DNA of 64,000 nt, from NCBI GenBank assembly GCA_030704615.1, contig CM060732.1, forward strand, positions 40,672,001 to 40,736,000. The letters are read 5' to 3'. A model generated the notes under the pieces. It saw only the letters and a list, made by a program, of their open reading frames with translations. It did no database searches and had not been told where the DNA came from. A program made the translations under genes and the position numbers. This DNA is from Takakia lepidozioides. Taxonomy: Eukaryota > Plantae > Bryophyta. Each line of letters starts with the position of its first letter. The first letter of the stretch is position 1. Shown piece by piece: positions 1-13,100 of this stretch.

Positions 1-408
1 TATTTCGAGGAAACTTCTCCATCAAGATACCTCATTTGTTTAAGAAAGCTTCTCCATCAAGAATCCTCCTTTGGGGAAGCCTCTTAGGGAACCTCCTAGT
101 AGCCAGTATATATAGGAGGCGAGACTGGACACTCTTCAGTCTCGCCAACACCAGTTCAAGCTACTCTTGTTTCCAGTGTCCAATACTCTAGCCCAGTTTC
201 CAGTATCCAGTATCTAGTACTCCAGTCTAGTTTCCAGCATTTCAGTATTCAAGTCGTGTTCCAATATCTTGTACTCTTGTTCATTGTTATAAAGATCATA
301 TTGATTCTTATTTACTCATCGTGCCCACGCCGACCTTGACTTCTTATCTAGTCTTGTACCTCTAGTCTGATCTTTTGTTTGTGTTCAGTCATGTTCTCGT
401 CCTTAACA
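1..408 (+). repeat. 5' LTR of the Ty3 element (start lies outside the window)
   Basis: TATATATA at 107-114; short CCAGT/CTAGT repeats at ~193-238; ends ...CCTTAACA at 408, followed by a PBS-like 11-mer (411-421) and then gag. Confidence 0.75.
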
Positions 409-3400
409 GTTTGACGAGACTAAAATTTGTTCCTTAGTTAGTTAAGGTGGAAGACACATTTGCGGAAATGGTCGTCACATTGTAGAGTCTTCAGCTCCAA
501 ATGCAAGAACTTCGTATCTTTACTGCCCAACTACAAGTTGATCAGTCTCAAGATGTTGGCAACGCTCTCAACAAATTGCAACAACAAATTTCAGAGTTGA
601 AGGAGTCGAACAATGGATCTTCAACCTTACGAGTCTCTACTACAACAAATCCTTCAACATATTACAAGAAAACCAAAGGTTAGCATGCCCGAAAAATTTG
701 ATGGGATGAGATCAAGATTTCGCGGTTTTGTTCAACAAGTACGATTGTTCTTACGGCTACATCCACAACGCTACCCTGATGAAGGTATTCAAGTGGGATT
801 TGTGGGCACCCTTCTATCAAGCACTGCCCTATCTTGGTTTCACCGCTATTAGAGAAAAATTTCCATTTACTATACAATTTTGAAGCGTTCATATCCGAGT
901 TCACTGCAACGTTTGGAGATAATGATAGAGAGAGAGTTGCAGAGACAAAGATGCGAAATCTTCGACAATGAGCACGTCCAACTTCCGTTTATGCTGCCGA
1001 ATTTCGACGATTTGCGTGCGACCTCAATTGGAATGAGAAGAGTCTCATTAGTCAATTTCGATGTGGCCTAAAAAAAGATGTAAAAAATTTGTTGTTGATG
1101 ATGCCAAACGTGAGTACACTGAGCGAATTCATTACTCAAGTCATTGCATGCGATAATCGTTTGTTCGAAAGACGTCAAGAGAAACGATCTGGATGGTCGA
1201 CGACGCACCATGCCGCTGCTACCACGGCACGAAACATAACGATCCATCAGACATCCGGTAATGATCTTATGCAGATTGATGTTGTCTGATTCAAGCCATT
1301 GACGCCACAAGAAAAATAAAGACGGCGCTCAAATGGATTATGTCTTTATTGCGGAGAAGATGATCACATAGCATTAAACTGCCCCAACAAGAAAAGATTC
1401 AAAGCTCGAGGCACAACTCAAGTGTTCGATACGATGAGGTCGGAAAACGAAGATGTCCAGTCACAGTAGGGACCATGCGGCTAGACACCCAAATTCCTTA
1501 CCAAAAAAATGTCTTTTTCTACCTCCAGACCTTGTACCTTGTTTCATAGTTCCAGTAAAGATCAAGATACAAAATCGAGATATCTCTGTAGAAGCATTTT
1601 TGGACTCGAGCGCTTCAGCGTGTTTTATTGACAAAGACTTTGCGAAGCAACACAATTTAACACTCGTAAGAAAGAAATTCTCGGCCCCTGTTGAAGTCAT
1701 CGATGGACGACTCTTAGCATGAGGAAATATTGACCATGAAACTCGACCCCTTGAAGTGAAGCTTAAAAATCAAACATCACATATTGTTTTCAATGTCATC
1801 CAGTCTCCTACGAATCATGTGATCCTTGGACTTCCCTGGTTTGTACTTCATAATCCTGACATCGACTGGTGATCACGAAAAATTTCGGCAAGACAAAAAT
1901 GCAAAAGTACCAAAAGTATTTAATCCCTGTTTCTTGGAGCTAGAGCCTTCATGAGAGCTACAAAGAAAGACGCGACATTTGCACTTTATGCGACTCCGAT
2001 CAAAACCACAACAGACCAAGGTACTTTGACATTACTCACTCAATATCAAGATTTCAATGATGTCTTCAAGAAGAAAAATGCAGACATGTTGCCAGAACAT
2101 CGACCTTATTATTGTGCAATTGAGTTGCAAAAATGAGCTCAACCACCATTCGCCCCGATCTACAATTTATCTCAGACGGAGCTGGCTGCTTTACGCGAAT
2201 ACATTGATGAAAATTTGTCAAATAATTTCATTCGACATTCGAAATCACCCGCGGGAGCACCTATCTTATTTGTAAAGAAGAAGGACGGATCGTTACGCAT
2301 GTGTGTGGACTATTGTGGGCTCAACAAAGTCACTATAAAAAATCGTTACCCACTACCGCTGATTTCCGGATTGCTCGAACAACTTGGACGAACAATTTTT
2401 TTCACAAACGACTTCAGGAGAGCTTACAACCTTATACGAATAAAAGAATGAAACGAATGGAAGACTGCTTTTCGTACAAGATACGGACATTTCGAATACA
2501 GTGTTATGCCTTTTGGTCTTACAAATGCTCCAGCAATTTTTTAACACATGATGAATGACATTTTTCGAGAATTTTAAGATGACTTTGTAGTCATCTATTT
2601 AGACGACATTTTGATATTTTCACAGAATGAAGAAAAACATGGTCGCCATGTAAGCCTTGTCCTTGATAAATTGAGGGAAAAAATGACTATATGCCAAGTT
2701 GGAAAAATATCTTTTCCACCAATCTGAAGTCGAATTTTTGGGCTACATTATTTCCGACAAATGAGTCTTTATGGATCAGAAGAAAATACAAACCATCATC
2801 GAGTGGATTAAATCAACTTCGGTCGTGTTTTCTAGGATTTGCAAATTTCTATAGAATCTTCATCAAGGACTACTCCAAAATTGCTGCACCATTAACACAA
2901 CTCACATTGAAGGACAAATTTGTATAGGACGAGAAGGCTAACCAAACATTTGAAAGGCTGAAGCAGACATTTACAACGGCTCCAATACTGGTACATGCAG
3001 CCCATATAAACCATTCTTTTTTGAAGCAGATGCATCGGACTTTGCACTTGGCGCGGTATTTTCTCAATACGGCACAGATGGCCGACTTCACCCCTATTGG
3101 TTTTCGTTCTCGCAAATTTTCCGCAGCGGAGATCAATTATGAAATCCATGACAAAGAATTTTTAGCGATTATCGATGTTTTTGAGGAGTGACGTCATTTA
3201 TTGGAGGGAACTAAACATCAGGTCACAGTCTATACTGATCACAAAAACCTCAAATATTTTATGAGTGCTCGTGTTTTGAATCGACGTCAAGCAAGATGGA
3301 GTATGTCACTAGCAAGGTTTGATTTTGTTATTACCTACTGTCCCGGACATCTTCAAGGAAAACCAGATGTTCTTTCTCGACGATCGTATCTTGCGCCAAA

Positions 3401-3825
3401 AGAAGGGGATGCAGCTTTTGACCAACAGAAATCCATCATCTTGAAACCAGCAAATCTCCAAGTGAATATGCTATCCATGTCCACCTATGACGATGTAGAG
3501 ATCATAAAAGAGATTCAGAAAGCACTGAAGAGTGACCAATTTGCTACGACACTATGAAGTCAACTAAATCGACCTCGAAACAACCTACATATTACAAACG
3601 ACTTCGAATTAAAAAATGGCTTATTTTATTTCAATGGACTTCTCTATGTATCTCCAGGACCTACACGACTTCGAATTCTTCAAACATGTCATGATCTTCC
3701 GGCTGAAGGACATTTCGGCTTCATCAAAACAATGAAATTGATATCCAGGGACTATTGATGGCTGCAGATGTGGAAACTTGTGAATTTTTTTATAAAATCT
3801 TGCGACACATGTGCTTAGAGCAAAG
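1..3825 (+). mobile_element. Degenerate Ty3/gypsy LTR retrotransposon (Tcn1/Tf1-sushi-like chromovirus): 5' LTR (partial), gag and pol, truncated inside the integrase
   Basis: Gag MPEKFDGxRSRFRGFVQQVRL...TALSWF (~684-840); zinc knuckle CLYCGEDDHIALNCP (~1341-1385); protease FLDSSASACFID (~1597); [28 protein letters not shown] and YLDDILIFS (~2596); RNase H DASDFALGAVF and TDHKNLKYF...LNRRQARW; integrase Zn-binding HDLPAEGHFG...CDTC (~3691-3813). Order PR-RT-RH-IN is Ty3. Many stops and frameshifts. Confidence 0.95.
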
Positions 3826-4419
3826 GGATCTGCCTCTATGTGATTCATAAGTGATGAGAGAGGTTTGGAATTATGAGGTTCATTCATGGACCTTTCCATA
3901 AATAGATCGTTTAATCCCACAAGAACAAATGTCCCATCCCTACTTATCACACACCAGTTCATATGTTGAATTGTTTTCAAGACAACATGTGTTGGGGAGA
4001 GATGATGACCACTTCCAAGAAAATTATCTTGTTGTCTTGCTTCTCTCTGTGACAGATCAGACATTCATCTTTTGGCCTCAATTGTCCCACCTGACTGGGT
4101 AAGGAAAAATATTCCTTTCAAAGATTTTCCTTATCTTTGTTTTCTGTTTTTGGATACTTATCTGTTACCACACTGGCAATAACATGTCAAAATCACTCCA
4201 AACCTGACATACATCCAGTTGAAGACCTAACTTACAACATGTAAAATTAGGGACTACTCTAACAAGAGGATGAAACAGGCTGAAATGCATTGAAAAATAA
4301 GGTGCCCTTACCACATTGTTTTTGACCTTGTGGCATGAAAGCAACTAGCTTTTCTTTCACCCATGGAGGATTCGTTTTCACAGGATACGCGGGCTCTCGT
4401 CGTCACAGGTGTAGCTTGG

Positions 4420-4502
4420 CTTGGGCCTTGAATGAGAGATGCTGCTTCAAAGGCTGTTTTACCACTCACACTGTTCCCATTCACAGCAAACAACTCATCA
4501 CC
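4420..4502 (-). pseudogene. Fragment of the PDZ domain of a C-terminal processing peptidase (CTPA1-like)
   Basis: After acceptor CTACAG (4508-4503) reads GDELFAVNGNSVSGKTAFEAASLIQGP, resembling plant CTPA1 GDEILAVNGxDVSGKSSFEVSSLLQGP. No other CTPA exons recognised. Confidence 0.65.
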
Positions 4503-4688
4503 CTGTAGCAACAACGAGATGATATCAGTTATTAAAACACTAAATAACCCATTTTTCCAGCTAAATTGCAGCCAGTTGCCAAATAGGTTCCACAGAGTTT
4601 CAAGCATGATGTGATAGGATCATCAGATTCAAATTTCCAGCACATAATCAAGTGGTGACTTGATTCTCAAACTTCCATGGTCTGATGG

Positions 4689-5240
4689 TCCTAGGCACCA
4701 GAGAGGAGCCAAGTAGACATTCCAATTCCATGGCTCTGGAATATTTGATTTGAAACACCTAGTGAAAGAATCCTGTGCCAAAACATCGTCCTTTCAAACC
4801 GGAAAAGCAACCAGGTATTCATCATAGAATTTGCTCATACATATTTTCCAGAGAGGAAACTAGACTAGTAGAGTTATTTCTGCAACTAAATTAGATCCTC
4901 AAGCCTCGGCACAATGGATATCGAATTTCCTTGAGACAACTTAGAGAGGAGGGTTGATGCAAGATTTTCAAGTAAAAGCAATGCATCATACTAGCAACAA
5001 ACTTGGCAAGATCTTTTAACCCTCGTGAGTGGAAGACCCACACATTGCTCTAATGAAACTCTTGTAATGATTCCATACACCAAATCGGACAAAGAGAGGT
5101 AGCAGTTGAAATATTAAAATGAACCCAAAAGTGATGTTAGAATCCTGATTGCAAAGATATATAAAACAAGTGAGAAACTTACATCGATGATGGCGCTGGC
5201 AGCCTCGTTCAACACGGGTGAGATATCGAGAAGATCTCTT
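4689..5240 (-). pseudogene. GPAT9: Fragment of glycerol-3-phosphate acyltransferase 9 (two exons plus intron)
   Basis: Exon 5240-5183 (AG|...|GTAAGT) encodes RDLLDISPVLNEAASAIID. Exon from 4772 (after CAG) encodes DSFTRCFKSNIPEPWNWNVYLAPLWCLG. Together they match the plant GPAT9 N-terminal motif RDLLDISPxLxEAAxAIxDDSFTRCFKSNxPEPWNWN. Similarity stops at ~4689. Confidence 0.85.
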
Positions 5241-6565
5241 CTGTTCGTAATGAAGGCAAATTGACAGTAGTGCTCAAAAGTGGGGAGGACTGTAGGAGCG
5301 AAATAGCAGGTAGAAAGCAGAGAAGTGGAACAAATATTCTTTAATAACATCTTCAAATCCACAAGTTACCAAGACTCAAACTGATGTCCTCACACATTTG
5401 AGCATATAAGGGTAAATAATGAGGCAAGCTAACAAGGGAGGAAGCCATGCATGCAGAGGGTGCACAAGGCCATTGACCTCCGGAATATAACCCTGAGCAA
5501 CCAATATCCGTAAAGCTCTCACGCACCCCAAGATTCCCATTCAAATTGGGTGCCCATGGACATACGGCAAGAGGTAGAGGACCTCTTTGCCCCTTTCTTA
5601 CAACATCATTCGCTCACACATCCCCAAAGCCTCCATTCCACACACCTGCCGCGCATATGATGCAAGTGCCCGGATTTGATATACATAGCTCGGAAATTGG
5701 CGCCGTAACGAAACGAACGACGAGAGAAAAAGAGCCTATTCTCGCCTCTGCTAAAACCAGTGACGACAAATGCTAAAACCAGTTCCAACTTTGTCGCCAC
5801 TGGAACAAGACAGTTTGGCCAGAGAACCTCATTGTGCTCACGTGAACAGAAATTTCGAACTAGTTTCGCAATTTTATCACATGAGCGCATTTTTGTTTTG
5901 CTATAATATTTTTAAAGTATTTTGGGAATCTATGGAATATTCTGGTTTCATCCCGTGAGCATGCTCACACTGATCTACCTTTGGCCTCATTCTCAGTGGT
6001 TGCCACCGAACCCAAATGCCCTATCGAAAGTCGTTGCAGAGGTCTGAACGTTGAACATCAGAAATGGATTGTGACTCGATCAGCACCTCGATTTTGTGTC
6101 ATGATATGGAATCGGCGACTCGTTCTCTGTAAGAAACTTGCACTGCACTACTCCAACTGCCGTTGCCATCACCGACAGCAACAAGCTGCTATCTCCTCCT
6201 TCTCTAGAATCTGCCTTCCTGGCGGCCGCGCCACTCTTTCAATTGCGATTCCCAAACTGCACAACAGACCACACTGCACAAGTGCGTACAAACCCTCCTC
6301 GAAAAATCTACAGAGAAGAAAAACCAGACGTAGAGGAAGATGAAAAAGAAGATTTTTTTTTCTCATTTGCGTGCCCGGCCCAAGTCCGAATCCCGCCGCC
6401 CACTTCAAAAGTTTTTCAAATCATAATTTAATGGCCTAAAACTATTTCCATATTTTAATTGCTATTAAGTGTCCAATCTTTGGGCAGAGCCAAAATAATT
6501 TCTGATTTCAAAATGACTTAAGAGTATCGTCTTCCTGCAGATTTCCAACTCATGTACTGAATCTC

Positions 6566-6846
6566 CATGAAGCTGTAGCTTAGTTCTTCTTTAATGAGAT
6601 CCTTACGCGACATGGGTGTCCTCGGGAAATACTAACGGATCAGGGCAAGGAGTTTTGTAACCAGCTCCTCACGGTGGTTTGCTTCAATTTTGGTGTCAAG
6701 CATTACCACAGCCCCATAACATCCCCAGACCAATGGTCTTATGAAGCGCTTCAACCAAACTCTTTGTCGAATGTTGGAGAAGAATGGCGCACTTACCAGG
6801 GAGTGGGATACCTTTCCTCCCCCTACTCTCTTTGCTTATCGCACCG
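6566..6846 (+). mobile_element. Isolated Ty3/gypsy integrase core (rve) fragment
   Basis: FFFNEILTRHGCPREILTDQGKEFCN ... (frameshift) TAP*HPQTNGLMKRFNQTL ... LFAYRT, the region of the second Asp and Glu of the DDE motif. Confidence 0.85.
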
Positions 6847-7140
6847 ACGAGGTGATTATGAAGAGATCAACGAGCTCAATTGCTATGTACTAAGTTATTT
6901 TGAGCTAATGTGCACTGTGGTACTGCACAACTATAAATAGTTTCCAAAGTATCTCTTGTCCACCCTTTAGCCCAGTTTCAGACATACATTGAGGAGTCCA
7001 GACTAACCTCATATGCTCGACTCAGTTGGGCTAGTCTTGTAAGCAGAAGACTAACTACCTCTCTTGTTCGTTTGAGTATTTTCTCCTCATTTTCTCCTCA
7101 TTTTCTCCTGGCCCTAGGTTTGAATGTGACATACTTCATT

Positions 7141-10100
7141 TTATTTGTGCTCCAGTTTAACCAAAGATGCCAGATACTGCTCTACATTGTCCAGGCCACA
7201 TAAGGTCTTGACTTTGTCAATTGTTGCAGGAGGGTCAAGTCGGAAAATGTCAGCCCCTTTTCCTATGCTTCCATTCGCTCCAGGATTTGTTGTTCCAGAA
7301 GAAAACTGAGGCAAATCTCTTCGTGCAGCTTGAATGGCATACCGGATTGCGCTGAGGATCGATCCTGCCAACAGCAATGGTGGCTCACCAGATGCTGCAA
7401 TAGCCACTGATTATGTGAGATGCCATACAATTGTAGCTACAACCAACCTAGAGAATACTCTTGCAACAACAAAACTTGCAGGAAGCAGGAACATGCCTGT
7501 ATAAAGCAAGGAACATAGTTCTGACTCACACTGAATTACCTTTAGAGGAGAGGATGCGGGCTTTGTTGGCAGGGCTGTTATAGAGCTCCACATTGAAGTT
7601 GTGTGGGATGACATCCACAGTTGGGACCTTGTAGGTCCATGTCCCATCCGATACAAGCTTCCCCTTATTGTCCCTCACAATTTCCTCAGTCAAGAAGAAA
7701 CCAATGCCTTGCACAAATGCGCCCTCAACCTGCATAAAAGCATTGTTTCCTAGGTAAATTGCTGCATGTCACAAACATACTGCCATAGATGCTTTCACAA
7801 CTTCCTGTGCCCTTTATTTCAGGACTCATTAAAGTTCAATCAGCACAACCCAAACATGCTCGGGGTATGCTTAGCTTGATGTCGCCTACAATCGATTGGG
7901 AGATTTTCCCCACCAAATTGGAAGAAAACAAATAAACCTGGTTTCTTTGGCATTCTTACTATCAACCAGATGACATGAAATTGACAGAAGCGTTTTGAGA
8001 ACACCGGTTTGAAGACTCCTTCTGCATGAATTTTGTGCGACCAGTCTAGCAATACTTTGAATGGAGCAGACAGAAATGGAAATGGAAATGGTGCTTTATA
8101 ACGTCCGCGGACAGCTCGTAGAGCTTATGGGACAAAATGGAAGAAAACATGAGAGAGGAACAAATCCAGAAACCACAATTAATGTTCTAGCGATTGTCTA
8201 AGGGTGAAGGCCTCGTGTAGGTAGGCTGCCACGCATTTTTGATCCTCATAGTGAAAGACATCAGTGAGAGTTTGGGTTCCACTGAATAAACAGTGAAATC
8301 TCCCACGGATCTCGTAGTATAGAGGGCAGTAGAAGAAGAAGTGTTCTTCAGTTTCGAAGAGAAAGCAAGACACTCTATAGACGTCCATAGTAAGTCAAGA
8401 GGAAATGAAATGGGTCTTAATTTATAATGTCCGCAGAAAGCTCAATGAGCATACGGGACAAAAGGAAACAAGAAACAAAATAAGAGAACAAAAAAGACAT
8501 AGTGAAGCCCTTGAAAAGCAACTAATGCTCAAGGGATTGCCTAAGGGTCAAAGCTTCGTGCAGAGAAGCTGCCAAACTCCTCATAACAGAAGATTTCAGT
8601 GAGAGATTGGGTTTCATGGAACAGACAGTGGGATCTCATAGTAAAGAGGGCAGTAAACGAAGGAAGTGTTCTTCAGTTTCGATACAACGGTCGGGCCCGG
8701 TGCATGCTGAGCATAGGCGGTCTTCTCGCTGCAGGTTTTCCTACCTACCAGTCTCTATCTGTAGTCTCTACCAGTCTCAATGGCCACGTACGGCAAACAA
8801 CGTCTTATGAGTACATTCTATCTGTAAATGCCCTGATGAACTGGAGTATATTTCAAAGGGTTATAACGCTCCCATTAGTTCCTCTGAGATTGCGGAAGCA
8901 ATTGAGCATCTAATCGGATAAAAAGCTGGTGGCCCTGATGGCATTGTCAATGAGCTTATCAAGCATGGTGGTGACCCTATGATAGAGGCCCTTGTTCTTC
9001 TCTTTAACCTTATATGGAGGACTGAAATTACCCCCTTTCGCTGGCGGCAGGGGGTCATTGTCAATTTATATAAGAAAGGTGACAGAGAAGAGCCGGGTAA
9101 CTATCGGGCCATCACGCTTTTTAATGCAGTTGGCAAGATATTCTGCAGAGTTATAAGTACTCGTCTCGAGGTTGATCTGGAGTCCAGAGGTTGTTTCCAT
9201 GAAGGCCAAGCTGGCTGTCGGCGAAACAGGGGCTGCGTGGATCATATCTTCACACTCAGCCAGATTATCCAGGGAAGGAAAAAAGAAGGGAAACCTACTT
9301 TTGTCTTTTTCTTGGATGTCAAAAAGGTCTATGACACTGTGTGGAAAGACGGTCTATGGCTCCGACTCTGGTCTTCCAGGATCAAGGGAAAGATGTGGAG
9401 AGTAAGCTGTGTCACTGTAAATGGACAGAAGTCTAATTTCTTTGACATAGACAAAGGTGTAGCTCAAGGATGTACCCTCTCCCCTCTATTCTTCAATGTT
9501 TTCATCAATCAACTACTGGAGGATGTGGAAAGTGAAGGATTTGGGTTAAGGGTGGGTGATGCCACCATACCAGCCCTTATGTTTGCGGATGACTTCGCAG
9601 GCATAGGGCAGACTCCTTCCAACCTCCAGGGGCTGATAGATTGCGCGAAGAGATACTTTGATCTTTGGGGGCTAGAGACCAATGTCAGTAAATGCGCAGT
9701 GGTGGCATTCAACGACCGGGGGGAAGGAGGAGGCGATCTCAAGTGGCACTGGGGAAGCCAAGAGATCCCTGTTCTCCCCTCCTATACCTATCTTGGCATT
9801 GAGTTTTCCTCCAACTGTAATTGGGAAGCACATATTCAAAGAGCGGTTCAATCTGGCAAACGCAAAGCGCTGGGTCTCACTAAATTTTTCCACTGCAGAG
9901 GGATCAACTCTGAAGAAAAAAAACCATTCTTTGCCGCGTTATCAGGCCGGCCTTGGAGTATGCATCTGCTGTATGGGTTGATAACTCCAACCAGGTTAAG
10001 TCTCTTGAATCCATCCAAGTCGGGGTGCTCAAGGAGTGCATGTCAGCATGCTCCAAAACGGGGTGGGTTTGGCATTCCTCCCTTAAGCTCCCGACGCGAT

Positions 10101-13100
10101 GAATTCAAAATCAGATGGTGGGGTCAGCTGCAACTTATGGCTAATACCAGATATCCTACGTTAATCGACTCTATATCTTGGAAGCAGGACCGCCCTGTCA
10201 AACAGGCTAAATCCTGGCGGAAAAGAGAAGAGATTTTCAAGGATCTGAATCTTAGTCCACTAGCCATGACCCTGCTGGATAAATCTGGCTTAGAAGCTGA
10301 AGTTTCCGAAGCCATGTCTATTGCCAGGAAATTGCCTGAAGAAAATGAAGTTAGGCAGAAAACTTCCCTCAACCTGTTTCCAGTCTGTGACATGGGTAAG
10401 GCCATCATGGATGACCTCAAGGGTCTACCCACCCTCGGCACTAGACTGAAATTCAAACTCAGGGCGGGTAGCCTACCTTTGAACAACAAACAGTCGCAGA
10501 GAGGAAAGGGGTATTGTATTTCCCGTTGTGTGGGCAACCTGAAGACAATATTCACTTCCTGATTCATTGTCCTGGGTACTCTCACCAACGGGACACCCTC
10601 TTCCATTCCATCAAGGAAATTGTGCCTGTACCTCTGTTTAACAACTTTGAAAATCTTGAGGCTGAGCCAAAAGCCCAGGCCCTTTTGGGCTCTAGCTATT
10701 GGGCAAATCACACACACAGGTTGATGCTTGTGTGAAGGGATTTCTGGAGGATATATGGAAAATGGATATATGGATATATACTGTTTATTCCAAGGTAAAT
10801 CATACTACCGGCGTCAGCCCCTGACAAAGGTAGTTTCTGTCCCTTTATGTTCCGTTCAAACTGGGCGCGGGGTCAATGGCCACAAGGCTACGGCAAACAA
10901 TGTCTTATGAGTACAATCTATCTGTAAATTGTGGGAGCCTACCCTGAACCGCCCCATGATCCTCAGAAGAGAGGGAGATAAAAAGGTGCAGATAGGTACC
11001 TAGCCGGCACAATTCTATCATCACAGGAGAACTAAGAAAGTCTCTTGATAGAAATGGAGTTTTGTTGTTAGAGTGGCCGGCTTCCATGTTCCCTTGACAT
11101 GAAGTTCCATAAGTTCTCTTCTGATGAGTCTGTTGAGATCCTGTTGAGAAAGAGAGCAGGAGTAGTCTACCCAACCGCCAAGGTCCTGATATGTGAAGCT
11201 ATGAAAAACACTACATGGATGAGAGCAATCAAACAGGTAGGTGTGGGAGACTGACCTGGCCAAGATCAACAGCAGGGTTTAAGCTCTTTCCACAATCATA
11301 CATTAAATCTGCCGACAGAATTCTGGTCTCACCCGTCAATACATTTATCTCCACCTGCCAAATATAAGGTGACATTGAGGTCTCCATGCCAAGTACCAAA
11401 TTTCATCTATCCTTACCGCAGTGCAGATTTGTCATTTTGCACCCACATACATTAGCTAACCTTGACCCCATCCATTTGAAGCAGACACCTCCCTCTGTCT
11501 GTCCAGTGTTGTGAACCTCACCTGACTAAGGCATACCCCATAGTTCATGTATTGCATTTGTGTTGGACTCCAGCGCGCATGGGCTGTCATGTCCGTCATG
11601 AACTTTCCCTGCATGTAGGAGTTCCCCCAGTGAAACACAAGGGTGAGTTTCGAGATTGCAAACCTCTATGTAAATAATACAACAGTAAAGGCACTCAGTC
11701 TTACATCATAAACTGGTAGATAAGCACTCAGCAAATGATGCATGTGCAAGTATGAACTTGGGAAAAGTTGAGAGATATGGAGAGATTAAAAGTCTATGTG
11801 TTGTATCTGTGCAGAGACTGAATATTGATCCTGAGTTCTTCGCCTACTCTTGGCCAAACTGACAGCAAATGAGAAGACGAAAATACCGCGCCAGCCAGGG
11901 CCTCCCAAGAAAGCGAGTCACTGGAAAGGTCTTTCTCAAGATTCTGCTTGATGGGTAACAACCTTTCCACCAGGACAGCACACGCTTCCAGCACAGCTGC
12001 ACAGCTACCCTCTGATGTGGTGCTACCACCAGTCAAGCCACCATTTGCAAGACTGATGGAATCTGCTTGGACAATGCGGACCTTTGACATGTCAACACCT
12101 CTACCCTGCATCCACATGTATACACAGTGCCCGTCATACAGTATATCAATCAGCAAGTCGGACAAAGGGCTCTGAAGGAAGAACACTATTCTGGGTTCAG
12201 TCAAAATGGTGTGATGCAGCAGCGTCAAACAGGAGAATCAGCTAATCAATCACAATGATAGGATGATACACTGGCACCTTATATCTCAAAAGAGGATGAT
12301 TTTTGCTGCATAGCAGAAACAGAGACTCAAGCTTCTCTTAGCAGATAGAATCATACAACTCAATAAACAACAGCCCACAGGCTCAAGTCATTTGCATCCC
12401 AATATGATGCAAAGATGAAAATGCCATAGATCAGAGGCTCCAGAGCCCTCAATAGGTGATCAGTGAATTAACTGCAATTCTTTGGTGAAAGCTTGCTACA
12501 AGGCTTCCTAGTCTTGTGTTTTCCTGTTGCAAAGTACTGTGCAGCCTCCATGTACTAACTTAGAAACAGTTGATATCTCATTCATTCATTGATCCCCGTA
12601 AAGAGAACACAAATGACGTCTTGCAGGACCCCATGACATCCGAATAGGGGGACATGGTAATTCTGCATGGGCAATTCGACTCAAAAAATCCAGTGAGTCC
12701 CACTCATGTGTACAACATGGTTTCTGGGGTGCACTCTCACCTGTGGCCATAGCTTGCTCAGACCAAAGGCTATGGTCTGTTTCACTTTTGTGTAGAGCCC
12801 TTGCCCCATTTCCACTCCTCCCACCTCTGCTACAATAGAGCCATCCTGGAAAATGCTAACTGTCGCGACATTGGGAGTAGCAAAAACCACATAGATGCAT
12901 GGGATCATAGCCAGGCCACGCTTAGCCCATTTTGACTGAGAGTTGAAAGCCTGTACCTCTTTCTCTTTTAATTCCCAGTTGGCAGAAGCCTTGAGCTTCT
13001 CCCACATCAGGGCTAAAGTGTAGGCTTCAGCGCCTCCTACTTTGTCAGCCCCACAGAACTTTTCAATACTTGAAACATCATGAAAGTTTTTCTCCCGCAC

